Shown here one piece after another: positions 25,250 to 37,895 of a stretch of 64,000 nucleotides of DNA (position 1 is the first letter of the stretch; each line of letters starts with the position of its first letter). The DNA comes from Chlorokybus atmophyticus (taxonomy: Eukaryota > Plantae > Mesostigma and Chlorokybus algae), in NCBI GenBank assembly GCA_009103225.1, contig RHPI01003389.1, positions 62,001 to 126,000 on the forward strand, given 5' to 3'. A model generated the notes under the pieces. It made no database searches, had not been told where the DNA came from, and saw nothing but the letters and a program-made list of their open reading frames with translations. The position numbers and the translations under genes are program-made.

Positions 25250-28200
25250 ATGGAGGCCTACAAGCAATGGATAAGGCGAAATTACGCTTGGGTGTCGCAG
25301 CTGGAGTCCGCTTTACAGGTCAGTTGAGGCACCGTGTGGCAACGAACCAGCAGCTCATGGTGTTGAGATGTTGTGCAACCTCATGCCTTGTAGCACATTG
25401 TGGAGTTGTTAAGTGCTATGTATGTGCACGGTTGTCCCATATTAGGCGTGTTCCTGCCAGCCGCTACCATCAAATTACACCATGCCTGCATTATGCGGTC
25501 CCCTTTTGTGTTTTGTATGATAGCAATTCAGCTGTGGCACACGTTTTTCCCTGAGCTAGAGGTGAAGCGACTTACCTACTGACATGCGTCTATGAAGCCA
25601 ATGTTGCGTTTGCAATGGCCTCGCATGCAGCTGGACGAGCTTCTCGTTTCCAGCGACCTGCAGTGCATGTGCACTTATCCAACCTAGGCTGCTGGGTTTC
25701 ACAAGCAAGCTTCATGCACAAGGCTTGCACATCAACGGTCAGCATGCATTGATTTGCTGACCGTTCCATATACAAAAACCATGAAACTTGAATTCATTAT
25801 TATGATTCAAGGCTTGATGTCACAATGGGCTTTGGGCTCATGCGATTGGCTGTGCAATATCTGCGCAGCTCATCACGGTTGGTTGCACCTTCTTCCAGCC
25901 TTGATTTACAGCGAGCGGCTGTATGTTTGTTCATGCACTCCAATGCGCGAACGCAACTCATCTCTGGCATCGTTCCGCATCTTATATGTTTGGTAGTGCG
26001 TTAACAGTATCAAGTTTCTCTCCCTGTTTTCCTGACGCAGGGTGTGACTTGGCTTCTGCCTGACCGATTTGCTGGTTCTGAAGTTACATTGGAGCTAGGT
26101 ACAATCGCTGTATAGCAATGCCCTGCATGGCATAATGAATATGGTCTGTTACCCTCCTTGTGTGCTAGATGGCCTGTAGTAAGTAAATACACGTAACACT
26201 GCTGTTATTGGCAGTTTCAACTCTTGTGGGTATGTTTGGCGTTGTCAATGACACCATCATGAACGAATCTGCTTCGCAGCAAGAGTCCGAGCGTCGGCCG
26301 AGGTATTTTTTGGAGTGCTAGTTCACTGCATTGTGTACAATGTTGTCACACATGTTGGCACCTGTCCTGGCAGAAGGTCTGGATTATCGCCGTGCTCCTG
26401 CAGACAGCTCTGTGTGCATAGGGCAGCTGGTTGTCATAAAGTCTAACTTACTTCTGTGCAGAGGGCTTCCATGGCCATTGCTGGTTGGTCTCACGCAGCA
26501 GACAGAGGTTCTAGGAGAAATGGCAGCAGAACACCTGTATGGCCCCAAGAACAAGTGGGGTGTCATTTCTTCTATAGAGGCAATCAAGTATGTTTCCTCT
26601 AGATTTTGACATGTCGGCAAACACCTTGGCTTGGTTGTTCTGCAGCCTAGCTGTTACAATCTTGTGATCTATGTCACATGAATACAGGACTGTACTGCGG
26701 TTGATTATTCTATACAACAACCGCGGCCGCGTGCTCATCGAAGGTGGTACGACGGTTAATAAGGCTACAAGCGGTGCACCGCAAAGCATGCCGTCTCCAT
26801 CACGAACGCCGCGCGTTTCCGGCAACGACATATCGGACCCAACAGCAGCTGCACTGAGGGCTCTTGCTGAGTTTCGAGCTAAGAAAGCTGCCGCGGCCAA
26901 ACAACACATCGCTTCCAGGACAGTCGTTGCGAGCAGTAGCGCCAAAGCAGCCGACTGGGATGGATTCTGGTATGCTGGGCCTGCCAGTCATCTAGATGTT
27001 GTTCCTGAGAAAGACACTGGTAAGTCCACAAACCAGCTCTGTACTTCATTTGCGTACTTGAGTGCTTGCCTTTGTCAATTGAAGGCAGCTGTCAAGATGT
27101 ACAGCATCAGACCTTGAAAGACTGAGCAGGCCATTGTGTGTCGATTTGCCAGTTGCACAGCAATCGAGGATGCATGGTGTGCTGACTGTACACTGCATGT
27201 TACTGATATACTCATTGCTCTTGTAGTTCTACAGACAGCTGAAGACCGACCCAATCCTCTGCAAAGCTGGTGGGCGCATGCCACTTTATCGCGGCAAGAG
27301 AGGGCGCCGCAGTGTTCAAATCCTTCCCACCACCATAGGCACAGTCAAAGGCACGGCGGCGTCTCACATTCTGCATTGGCCCGTCCATTTAACCCTACTC
27401 AGGGGCAGTCACTGCACAGTAGTGCCCATACAATGGCTCAAGACAGAGCAGTTTCAGCCGCGCACCGTTTGGATCGCGTGGACACTCGGCCACGAGGTAT
27501 GTGCGTTAAAGCCCCAGTCGTGCTCATATGCCGTATGCAATGTTACATGCAGTGCTTATGGCAAAATTGTGTTTTACAGAAAAGAAGGAACAGCAGGATG
27601 AAGCTTCCACATCGGAAGCAGCTGATGTTGACTTGGAGGCTGGCAGAGCAATAGCAACTCAAGTCGCTAGCAGTCGGCACATATTGTCAGCTGCACGCAC
27701 GGCGCGGCGCCTGGTACTAGCGGGGGAGGTAAGCAGCATTTCCTGTGTTCATTCACATGAATGCCACTTTGGGCAGCACATACCATCCACTTGTGTGAAG
27801 AGCAACAGTAAGCCAGTTGCCTTGTTGCACACAGGTGCTGCACATAGTACGACCCCTGGTGTATGCGTTGGCGATTCGCAGATACGGCTTACGCTCGTGG
27901 AAGCCCTGGCTACTATCCATGGCATTCAACGCAGCGAGCGATGCAGCATTGGCTCGGGCGGATATCCTGACTGCATGTCAGGCTGTTGCCACCAATCAAT
28001 CTCGCGACGGCACGAACCTCGCCCTCGATACCAGTCAGGATGTTTATGTTGAGGGGAACGGCCCCGGAGCGATGGGTGCCTTTGTTGAGCAAGAGCGCGA
28101 GGAGTTGGCGCGGAGGCGTGCAATGTGGATATTCTACCTTCTCAGAAGCCCTTGCTTTGATGTGTGTACCAAACCGTCAGCCGAGGCTCTTTTGCGCACC

Positions 28201-28296
28201 ATTGGTTCAATACCGTTGCTCGGCACGCTCGCAGGCAAAGGCTACGAGCTGCTTCTCGGCATCCAAGGCTACTACTTTTACACAGCGGCCTCGTAA
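25250..28296 (+). CDS. PEX16: Peroxisomal membrane biogenesis protein PEX16 (SSE1-like)
   Basis: MEAYKQWIRRNYAWVSQLESALQ|GVTWLLPDRFAGSEVTLEL ... RRYGLRSWKPWLLSMAF ... EELARRRAMWIFYLLRSPCFD ... YYFYTAAS*. Confidence 0.88.
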
Positions 28297-29207
28297 GGAA
28301 TGTGGCAGTTTGTGTGCAGTTACACAGTCTATGTGCAGTCACACAGTTCGTCATCAACCATTGCTTGTACATGTGCTAGTGGTCATTCAATGTAGATTGC
28401 TGTAGGTAGGCCAGCATGGATAGCGCTTCGCTGTGTTGTGTTAATTTGTACATCATTTATTTACAAGGGTAACCACACTCAGGACTGGAAATGGTGATGT
28501 GGCATCCATAGTTGTGTTTGGTACTACGCCTACATTGATGAGCTTTGAATCATGCCAACATATGGTTAGTGCTTCAAGGTAAGACGGTCTGAATGCAATA
28601 TAGTAGCACGTATTTGTACACACAATAGTCTTGCAGATTTCTATACACATAAATTGCACGCACCGAAATGCTAGCATGCGTAGCTGCCTACCCAGTACAC
28701 ACTGCTATCAAACACATCATACGCATGATCACAGGCTCCCACAATTACAACAGGCGAGAAGTCCAAACTCTACACTTGACCATGCGTGATTGTGCAGGAC
28801 TGTCGTGCACGATACATGAATAAATTCCCTTTGAACATTGATCTTTTGCTACGCAAAAGTCCTTCTTTGTACAACCTCCTGGCACATGAAAGGGTGAGAT
28901 TGGCAATAAGCACCCAGGATTGAAAACCAGACAATCAACAAACTACAGCTATAACATGATTGAGCATGAGGAGCACAAAGGAGATAGCCTGCAACAGTTC
29001 ACAAATGCATGCATATTGCCCAAAGAAGCACATATACCTGGCCAGCGTTGGTGGCACCCCGTGCTTAACATGAGCAATAGCCAAGTAGCCAACTAACCAA
29101 CTAGCCAAGTAGTGCTAGTTTAGTAGCCTAGGTGGAACTCGGGCTTCCCATGCAATTGACATGCAATTGCCCTCTAGGACTGTATTATCACCTACACCTC
29201 GGCATCA

Positions 29208-32200
29208 TTATGCGCTAGCACTGGCTGCCGCTTCCTTCTTCGGCATCTTCTTCGGATCCCTGTTGACGGACTTCTCTTTGCTTCGCCAGAACAGCCTGAT
29301 GGGCGTGCCGTCGAGACCAATACTCTGTCGGAAGTGCCGCTCGACAAACCGCCTGTAAGTGTCGGAGAACAGCTCCGCGCTGTTGGTGAAGAACACGAAG
29401 GTCGGGGGCCTTATCGCCGCCTGCGTGCAGTAGTAGATCTTGCCCTTGCGGTTCGAACGCGACGGCGGCTGCTTGATAGCCAGCGCATCTTGCACGACAA
29501 AGTTGATAGTGGCTGTCGGAACCCTACGCCTGTGCTGCTCCGCCGCCCTCTCTGCCGCTTCCAAAATCCTGCATACCACATTGGCTCACAACCACAGCAA
29601 CAACAACAACAACAACAACAACCACAGCGACAAGGGACCACGCTACTTGACAAGACAACAAGCATTTCCAAAGAGCCCAGCTGACACCAGCTGCCCACTT
29701 CATGAACGACGCCTTATGAAGTATAGCACAGTGAATGTGTTTACAAAGCAGCATGGCACATACTTGGGGACTCGCAAGCCGCTCGTGGCCGACGTGTAGA
29801 CGATCTCAGCCCAGTGCAGGTTGCGCAGCTTCACGCGCAGGTCCTGCTCGTACTCTTTCTGCGTCTTGCTGGTCTTCTCCGGCACCGTGTCCCACTTGTT
29901 GACCACGATGATGCACGCGCGACCCTCCGCCACGATCTTCTCCGCCAACTTGTAGTCCTGTGTACCAATAAGAAGAAGATGTGTGATGCTACATTGATGC
30001 ATGTTGCAAACAACGAGGAGTGCTTCTTGTCCAACATACGATAGCCTTGTGCGTGCTCACACATTCGCATGCAGGTGCGTGTGTTTGCCTGTATGCCAAG
30101 TAGTGTGCTACGTAAGCATGTAAGAATGGTACGCAGATCACTGATGCATACACGGAAAACACACACGCACCTGCTCAGTGGAGCAGTCCAAGGCTTCCAG
30201 CACCAACACGATCACATCCGCCCGCTGCATCGCGCGAAAAGACCTCTCCACCGAGAGCTTCTCCGCGCCGCTCTTGCCGGCCCAGACAGACGTCCGGCGC
30301 CGGATACCCGCAGTGTCTATCAGACAATACCTCTGCATAACAACACCAACACCATGTCAGACCACAATCACACACACACAAACAACCCACCATAGCTCGT
30401 ACCTGCCCGCTCGGGCTTGTGTACATGGTGTCGATGGCGTCGCGCGTGGTGCCGCTGATCTCGCTCACGATCGACCTCGGCTCCCCAACCAGAGAGTTGA
30501 GGATGCTGCTCTTGCCCGTGTTGGGCCGGCCGACAATCGCGATGGACAGGGGCTCGTCTTCAGCGGGAGCGTCAAGCTCAACATCCTCCTGCAGAGAAGC
30601 AGAGCTGGATTTGACATGTCCCAGGAAAATTGTAGACAACATGTAGACAACATTGCCTTCACACTATACTCATGCCCATACACGCGCACGCGCGCACCCA
30701 CACCCACACCCACATGCACATGCACATGCACACTCCCGCGCATGTGCACACAGAATCAGGCAGAGTCTTACCGGGATGTCTGGTAGATTAGTTGCCAGCT
30801 GGTCCAACAGCTCGCCCGTGCCCGTGCCGCTCAGAGCAGACACGGGGATAGGCTGCAGCCTGCGAGAAGGCTTGTCTTTTATATCTATGCACTTGACAAC
30901 AATGTCACACGACATCACACCAACACAGACAGTGAGAGAAAAACAACACTAACAACCAACCCCAATCTCCAGAACTCTGCCGCTTGAAGCTCGCCGCGCG
31001 TGGGGGACTCGCACTTGTTCACAGCAAGAGTAACCTAAAAGCAATTGTGCACTAACTCAATTTAGCTGTACGTGAAACCAGCAGCTGTAAAGCACGCAAA
31101 GTCTCTTTGTGTACCGTCAAGTGCTTGTACGATTTGCGCAGCCAGCTGGCGATGTCTAGATCCGCTGCTGTGACACCCGCCTGGCCGTCCACAACCAGAA
31201 CAACGTGATCGGCCTCGCCCACAGCCGAAGCTGCCTGCACGAGAGAAGAAATATCAGCCAAGACTCACAAACAACATCGTGTTGCAGTACATGCATGTGT
31301 ACATACCTGTGCATTTGCACAAATTAGTACATGTGTGCGCGCGTGCGCATGTGTTGGGTTGTGCACAAGCGCGCATGTGTGTATGTGCGTGCACGTGTGT
31401 GTGTGGGACCAGAAGCATGTGCACATATGCACAAGCCCACCTGCCACTCGATGAGTGCCGGGAGACCGGCGGCTTGGGCAGCCTTAGCGGCTGCCTTCTG
31501 CGCGTCCTCTCCGGCGTTGCCGACCTCGGAGCCAATGCCGAGCGATGCTGCGTCCTCGGGGGTGACGAGCCCGCCCGTGTCGATGAGAAGGAACTCGCGG
31601 CCGTTCCAGTGCGCGCGACGGTACAAACGATCGCGAGTCACGCCGGGCTCGTCAAACACGATGGCCTCGGACGCCTGCAAGGATACCACATACACACATA
31701 TGACGAAGGTGCATTGCAACATACTGTGTTGGGGTAAGGTGGTGGACTAGCTAGGCTGTTGTTGTGTGCCATGCATGCATGCGTGTATTCCTAACCTGCA
31801 CAACAGTTGTGTCAGCGTACCCCAACTATGCGATTGAAGAGGGCAGACTTGCCGACGTTGGGTCTTCCTACAATGGCCACCTTCGGCAGCTGGGACTCAG
31901 GGATCTGCGCATAATCATACTTCAACAGTTAGACCAAACAGGCATTGCATCATGTTCAACAACCTGCTGTCCAACGCTATGTACAGTTGTTGATGGTTGA
32001 ACTGTTATGTGTTCGCACCTGCCACTTGTTCTCCATGCGGTCTTGCCGTCGCATGCTGCGCGTGGTCTTCTTGCCTTTATCTGGTGTGCTTGCCTCCTCC
32101 TCTTCCTCATCTGCAACGAACGACAACGTCAATAACTATTTTGGAGAAACAAAACCATAGACCTTTGGGAAGACAAATGTTGGCATCCGTCTAATACAGT

Positions 32201-33481
32201 ACACGATCGTAAGTAAGCATGCACCGGAAATCACTAGGCACTTTGATTGCAGCATGCAAGCGATTACACAATGTACACATGCTTTGCACAGAGCAACTGC
32301 AGCGCTGCGTGTAAGTAAACCAGCGCCAAAGAGACAAGTACCAACAACGAGAACCATCTTACTGTATGCCACCACCTCAGACAGCCACGAGTTTTACTCG
32401 AGATATTGACATAATCATCAGAAAATCAACACATTACTCAACACGAGCGCCACCATGCACGCACCATCATCGTCGTACGTGTAAGCGTCCCCCAAGAACG
32501 GCTCATCCTCGCGGTCGGCTCTGCTGCTTTGCTGCTGCTGCTGCTGCTGCGAAGACGAGGGTCGGTCCGACACCGCCGCACACACCGCGTGGCCTCGATG
32601 CCGCGTGGCCTGCATAAACACAACATGACAAATGAGCATCGCAGTAGAAGCTGCTAGATCAGGTCAGGTAGGTTGAGTGCACTGTGATATGCGATTGATT
32701 GATGCGGTTTTGTACGCATGGTAAATCGGTCACGCGACATTGTTTGAAAGCTCCAGACACATGTACCACGCGTAAAAGAAGAAAGAGTGTTCTTGCTATG
32801 CGGTGCCTATTGTAGAGAACAGAACTTTTGGGGAACTACTCAAAGATGTATTGTCTGGTATGTTGCTTGCGCGTGCACCATCAATCTTGCCATGCATGAA
32901 GTGCAGAGCAAACATTGATACAAGATCCAGTGACAAGTTTGTCGTCCAGTCCCGGGTCTTGCAACAGGTGTAGTTATGGTCTGTGATGTACGACGAGCTA
33001 ACAGCGAACAGACAGCTGGCACACAAGCTTGATTTCAGCGACAGACATTTATCGCCTTTGACTAAAGTACAATTGCATCGTTGCCTGTGCGATTCGCTTG
33101 CTGTTAACAAGTTTTCAAGACGCCGACATTCTGTACACATTCACCCCAACATCCACAAATCACGCAGCACAGTAGAAACACACGAAACATCACGTGACGC
33201 GGACCATTGACGGTCACAAATGTTGCGCTTCATATTGACAGCATCAAACAACACGAATGTCAAGAATTGAGTGCAACTCAAATGTTAGCAGTTGAGTACA
33301 AACACAATTACGCTAACTACAGCCTTACCTCAGATTCAAGGCTGTGTGCTCGTAAGTGTCCCCCGCTTGCATCCTTCTGTTTTCTCACGGGTCGGCCCTT
33401 GAACGCAGAGACAAATACATCACCGCTCACAGCTCCGCACACGCACGGCGAGGACGACGTCCCCACCGACGTCGCCGCCAT
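29208..33481 (-). CDS. engA: Organellar (probably plastid) double GTPase EngA/Der
   Basis: Two G-domains ([35 protein letters not shown]; [38 protein letters not shown]) and a KH-like C-terminus ([15 protein letters not shown]). The coding start upstream of about 32610 is uncertain; 33481 is a candidate first exon. Confidence 0.88.
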
Positions 33482-33933
33482 CCTGTACCGGAGCGGCCAG
33501 CAGCTGCGGCTGCAGTAAGCTGGCCAGAAGCAAGCACAACAATTGACACGTAAATGTCACGTCTACAATGTCATGGTGCACCCCTAACGCAGCCCTGGAG
33601 GACACGCACGCCCACGCCCACGCCCACGCCAACACCGCCGCCGCCGCTGCCACCGCCGCCGCCGCAAATTGACCACGGCATGACACACTGTACAACGCTG
33701 CCTGTCAATTGAATATCATTTATTTGGTTGATAGCCAAGTAGCGTTGATGTCATTGTCAGCACGTGACAGTTACGGTCGTCCGTGACGCACATTCGACAA
33801 ATGCATGACGCGTGACGCTGGCTGTTGGTGAACGCTGTGGCGCTGGCCTGGCTTGGCCTGGCGCTGGCCTGGTCTGGTCTGGATTTGGGCTGGCGCCGTC
33901 GGGCTTGTTGCAGAGTGGGTTAGCTGTGGCAGC

Positions 33934-36900
33934 ATGGAGATAGGCGGTCTGGGTGGCGCAGGTGGTGCGGCGCACCTGCGGCCTGAGGACGGCGTGCTGC
34001 TGACGGCGCCGGAGGCGGAGAGGCTGGTGGAGCAGCTCACGCCTTACCCCATAGACCAGGTGGGTGCGTAAGATTCGGTCGTTTACATCGAGTCATACAG
34101 TTTGCACATGTCCAACTATGCAATCTTCCTCTTTAACTGAATCTATCAGTCAGCAAGAAAACTGCACTGTAGGTAGGCAGCAAAACAACCTAGCCAAGCA
34201 ATGCTACTACTACGCTTCTGTCGCTTTGATTCCAGTAGTTGATACGACGAGCAGCATGTGTGTCCAAGAACATGTTTGGGTGGATGAAATTTTACTTACG
34301 TGAGAGCTTAATCTTTTGCTGCTTGCAAGGTTGGAAGCAGCAAGTGGCTGAGGCAACACAACTGGGTTGGGGAGCTCAACCTCCAGGTGAGACAACCAAC
34401 AACCAGACAAACCATGCGCCTTTACGCCCATGCAACGAGCTACAGCCAAACCATCCAAGGCTTCATTCCCCCCCAATACGACATGCGCACATATTCACAA
34501 GTACTAACCAGTGCACACGCACCATCCACAGGCACACCACAATGCGCTGTCTCACTCGGACGAGTTTGTCATGGAGGTATGCACTATGTCAATGCTGTAC
34601 TGTGCAAAACCCTGCCTGGTTACTTCTTCACACTTGGCAGCACGCACTGCTCTCACCACTTGAACACACAATCCCCTCACACTCTTCGTCTCAGGCACTG
34701 GTGTCGCTGGATAAAGTTGCCGTGCTGGTCCACGAGCTGCTCGTGATTGAGGTAACACGATACTTTGCAAGAGGGGAATGGACCAGTGTTTGTTGCTACA
34801 CCGAGTGCTTGCATTTGTCATACAATTCGTGCATGCTTACTTGCATGCAGGTGTGGAAGGAAAGAGTTTACCCGCTCATTGCTAAAGGCTTGAAGAACGA
34901 TGACAACACCATCAACTTGTAAGCTCGTAAGGCTGAGTCACAAGTCAAGAAGTGCTGCAGACGGCATTGAGGCAACCACTACTTGACGGATGCGAGGCGT
35001 GTAGTGCATGTCTTATACACGTTGTTTCTGCAATGCAGGTACCTTGCTCTCTACCATGAAGCCGCTGTTGCCAACCTGCTCGAGGTCAGTGCCATGCCAA
35101 TGACAGTCGAACCAACATGCTGCTGACGGTCACATGCTGCGTGCGTGCGTGCGTGCATGAGAGTGTGCGAGTGCACGCGGAGGCACGCACGTATGACACG
35201 CACACCTTTCAATCTCAGGTCACATTGTTCCATCGCTCTGCATGCGAAGCGGCCGGCGATGACGCTCTGCTTGAGCTTGTGGACTACTGCCAGCGGAAGC
35301 TTCTGTACCTCAACACGGTTGCCGCCGATGATGCAAAGGCCAAAGGCATGTATTGCCTTTAAACATGCAATGACAGCTCAACCACATTTTGGATGTGACT
35401 GATAGTTGTTGTGATCCTTCAGAAGTCTCAGCAGAGGAGCTGATGAAACAAACCGCTCAACAAGAGATGCAGGAAAAGGTGAGATTGAAGTTATGGTTGT
35501 GTTACACACGCGCACATGCACATTGTGTGCTTTATCTTGATGTTTGGTTGAGTTCGCAGGCTCAACACATTCGTTTTGGAGTGGCAATGTGCTCGCTGTC
35601 AATTCTGCGGTATGCATTGGTCTCACACGGCTTGTCACAAACAGCAGCCAACTGTGCACGTTGACTGATATGTTGCTGCCATCAACAACATAACAGGTAC
35701 CTTACTGACTATGCGAGCGAGCTTCCCCTTTGCGTTATGGTAAGTTTTGGTAGATGGCGCTCAGTTGTAAGTATGCTTTTTCGGGTGTTGTCACAACAGC
35801 TGTACCACGTTCAGGCTCGGCTCGTGAGCACGCACGACGTGGTTCTATCGCTCGTGCCGCTGCTGGACTCCAGGCCATGGATGCGACGGCGTGTGCGCAC
35901 TTCCGACTCATCAACTGTGGTACATACTGTGTCACGGTTGAATGCTATGGTTTCATGCTTAATATAATACAACTACTGTCTAGTTTGAAGCGTATGGCGA
36001 CCATGGGTGGGTGACAGTGCCACCAGAGGAGCGGCTGAAACTCACAAAACCAGAAGCACAGGTGTGATTGAGTGTGTATGTTGCTATATGTCACGTGAAG
36101 TTATGCCTTGCAAGCGTCTCAGTGTCTATGTTGTGCACAGGTTTGGTTATCTTTGAACAACCTGCTCGTTGAGCCAAAGTGCCGGGCAAAGTACACATAC
36201 GATGACCATCGCAAAGACACAGTTTTGAAGGTACCATACATGCCTCAGTGCCTGTAATGAAGTTAACCGGTCAATCGAAAATGAACAATGAACAAAACTT
36301 GATGCAACCATATTATGCAGTTGCGTCGTCACTTCAATGAGTTGCTGTTCGACCAGCTCCCGGTGTTGAAGGACCTGCAGAGGGTATGATCGCTGCGCAA
36401 TGCAGCAGTTTATACATAGAAATTTTATCTGTTAATTTTACTGTCCTGACTGCTTTACTCCTGTGTTTTGCGTCATTGCGTAAGCAGGTGATTGAGGAGC
36501 TGATCCTCATGCAAACTATGCCTCCTGGCGAGGTGCAGGCTGCAAGGCTCATCCTTGAACAAGTAAGCCACTAAAAAATGGTGACGGGTTCCTCCTTGTG
36601 TATTGTCTTGGGCAGTTTTGTGACACATATGACCGTGCCACAGGTACCAGTGATGCGGGAACGAATGCTGCAAGGAAAGGATTGGGGTGAGTAGGTTGAA
36701 TTGGGTCGCGTCCGATTGTGCCTACATGTGTGCATGTATGCATGCGCATATGCTCGTGCACGTGCGTCCGTGCGAGTCCGTGCGCGTGCGTGTGCATGTG
36801 CTGTCATGTCATGCTTTGCTCATGCGGTTCGGCAGGCGCGTTGGCCGCTTCCCATAGAGAGGTGTTGCTTGCGCACACGCTAGAGGCCCAAGAAGACCTG

Positions 36901-37272
36901 ACTGCACGCATGCGTGACATGATGAGACTCCTTGACTTTGAGGTAGAATGTTGGCTATGAGGCGACACTATGCTGACTGCCATTATTTCGGAATTGCACT
37001 GTTATGTAAGGCACTTCTCATGCAACCCAACTCCTTCACAGGGCAATCTTGAAACGCCCAAGTGCGCGGGTTGTGGCATCGTGGCCACGCAACGATGCTC
37101 AAGGTGTAAACATGAATGGTAAGTTGCCCAACATGTGCTTGCTTACTCGCATGATGCACTAACTACGCATATTTTGATAAACTTATTGTGGTGCAGGTAC
37201 TGTGGTAGGAAATGTCAGGTTTCTGTGTGGAAAAGGCACAAAGCCTTTTGTGACATGCTTCATAAACATTGA
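33934..37272 (+). CDS. ZMYND10: Zinc finger MYND domain-containing protein 10 (axonemal dynein assembly factor)
   Basis: EAERLVEQL, WLRQHNWVGELNLQ, LVHELLVIEVWKERVYPL, LYHEAAVANLLE, ALLELVDYCQRKL and a C-terminal MYND finger CAGCGIVATQRCSRCKHEWYCGRKCQVSVWKRHKAFC. Confidence 0.88.
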
Positions 37273-37895
37273 AACTGCCTGCTCATAACGCAATGGTATT
37301 TGGAGTTGTGTAAATAGAGTTACCTGTGATTGCATGCATGTTTCCTGACTGCAGGGCGCATGTTGGCCATGTGAGTTTTACATCCACATCCTATGCCCAA
37401 TGCTGTAGCATAGCAAGTCGAGCATGCGTGATGCAAGCGTAGACAACATGCATGCATTGTCGACATGAGAGTAGATATTGTAGAAGGTGGGCAATACATG
37501 GGATGCGAAAGCATGCACGCATGTGTGCGCATTGAGTTTCCGTGCATAGCCGTCGTTAATGCTGCAGCTCTGAACCCGCCGCATGCCGATATGAGCACTT
37601 GCATGTCGCATGACCGTGCAAGCTAGTGACAGTCTATGGCACACTTCTTCGCAACCCTTACGCAAACACCTACAAAGTACAAAGCGGGGCTGGCTATGTG
37701 GTTGCTTTGACCCAACGCAGCCAGCTCATCTGTGCCAGGATTACACGCACGGTACATCACATGACGTTTCACGGATTCAACTCCAACTCTAATGCGGGTT
37801 GACAGATCTAGTTTCCAAATTAGGGTTTCACAACGCCTCTCAGCTCCTTTGCTCCTCTGGGCCTTTGCCCGGCATTGCATGCGGCATTCAGCTGC

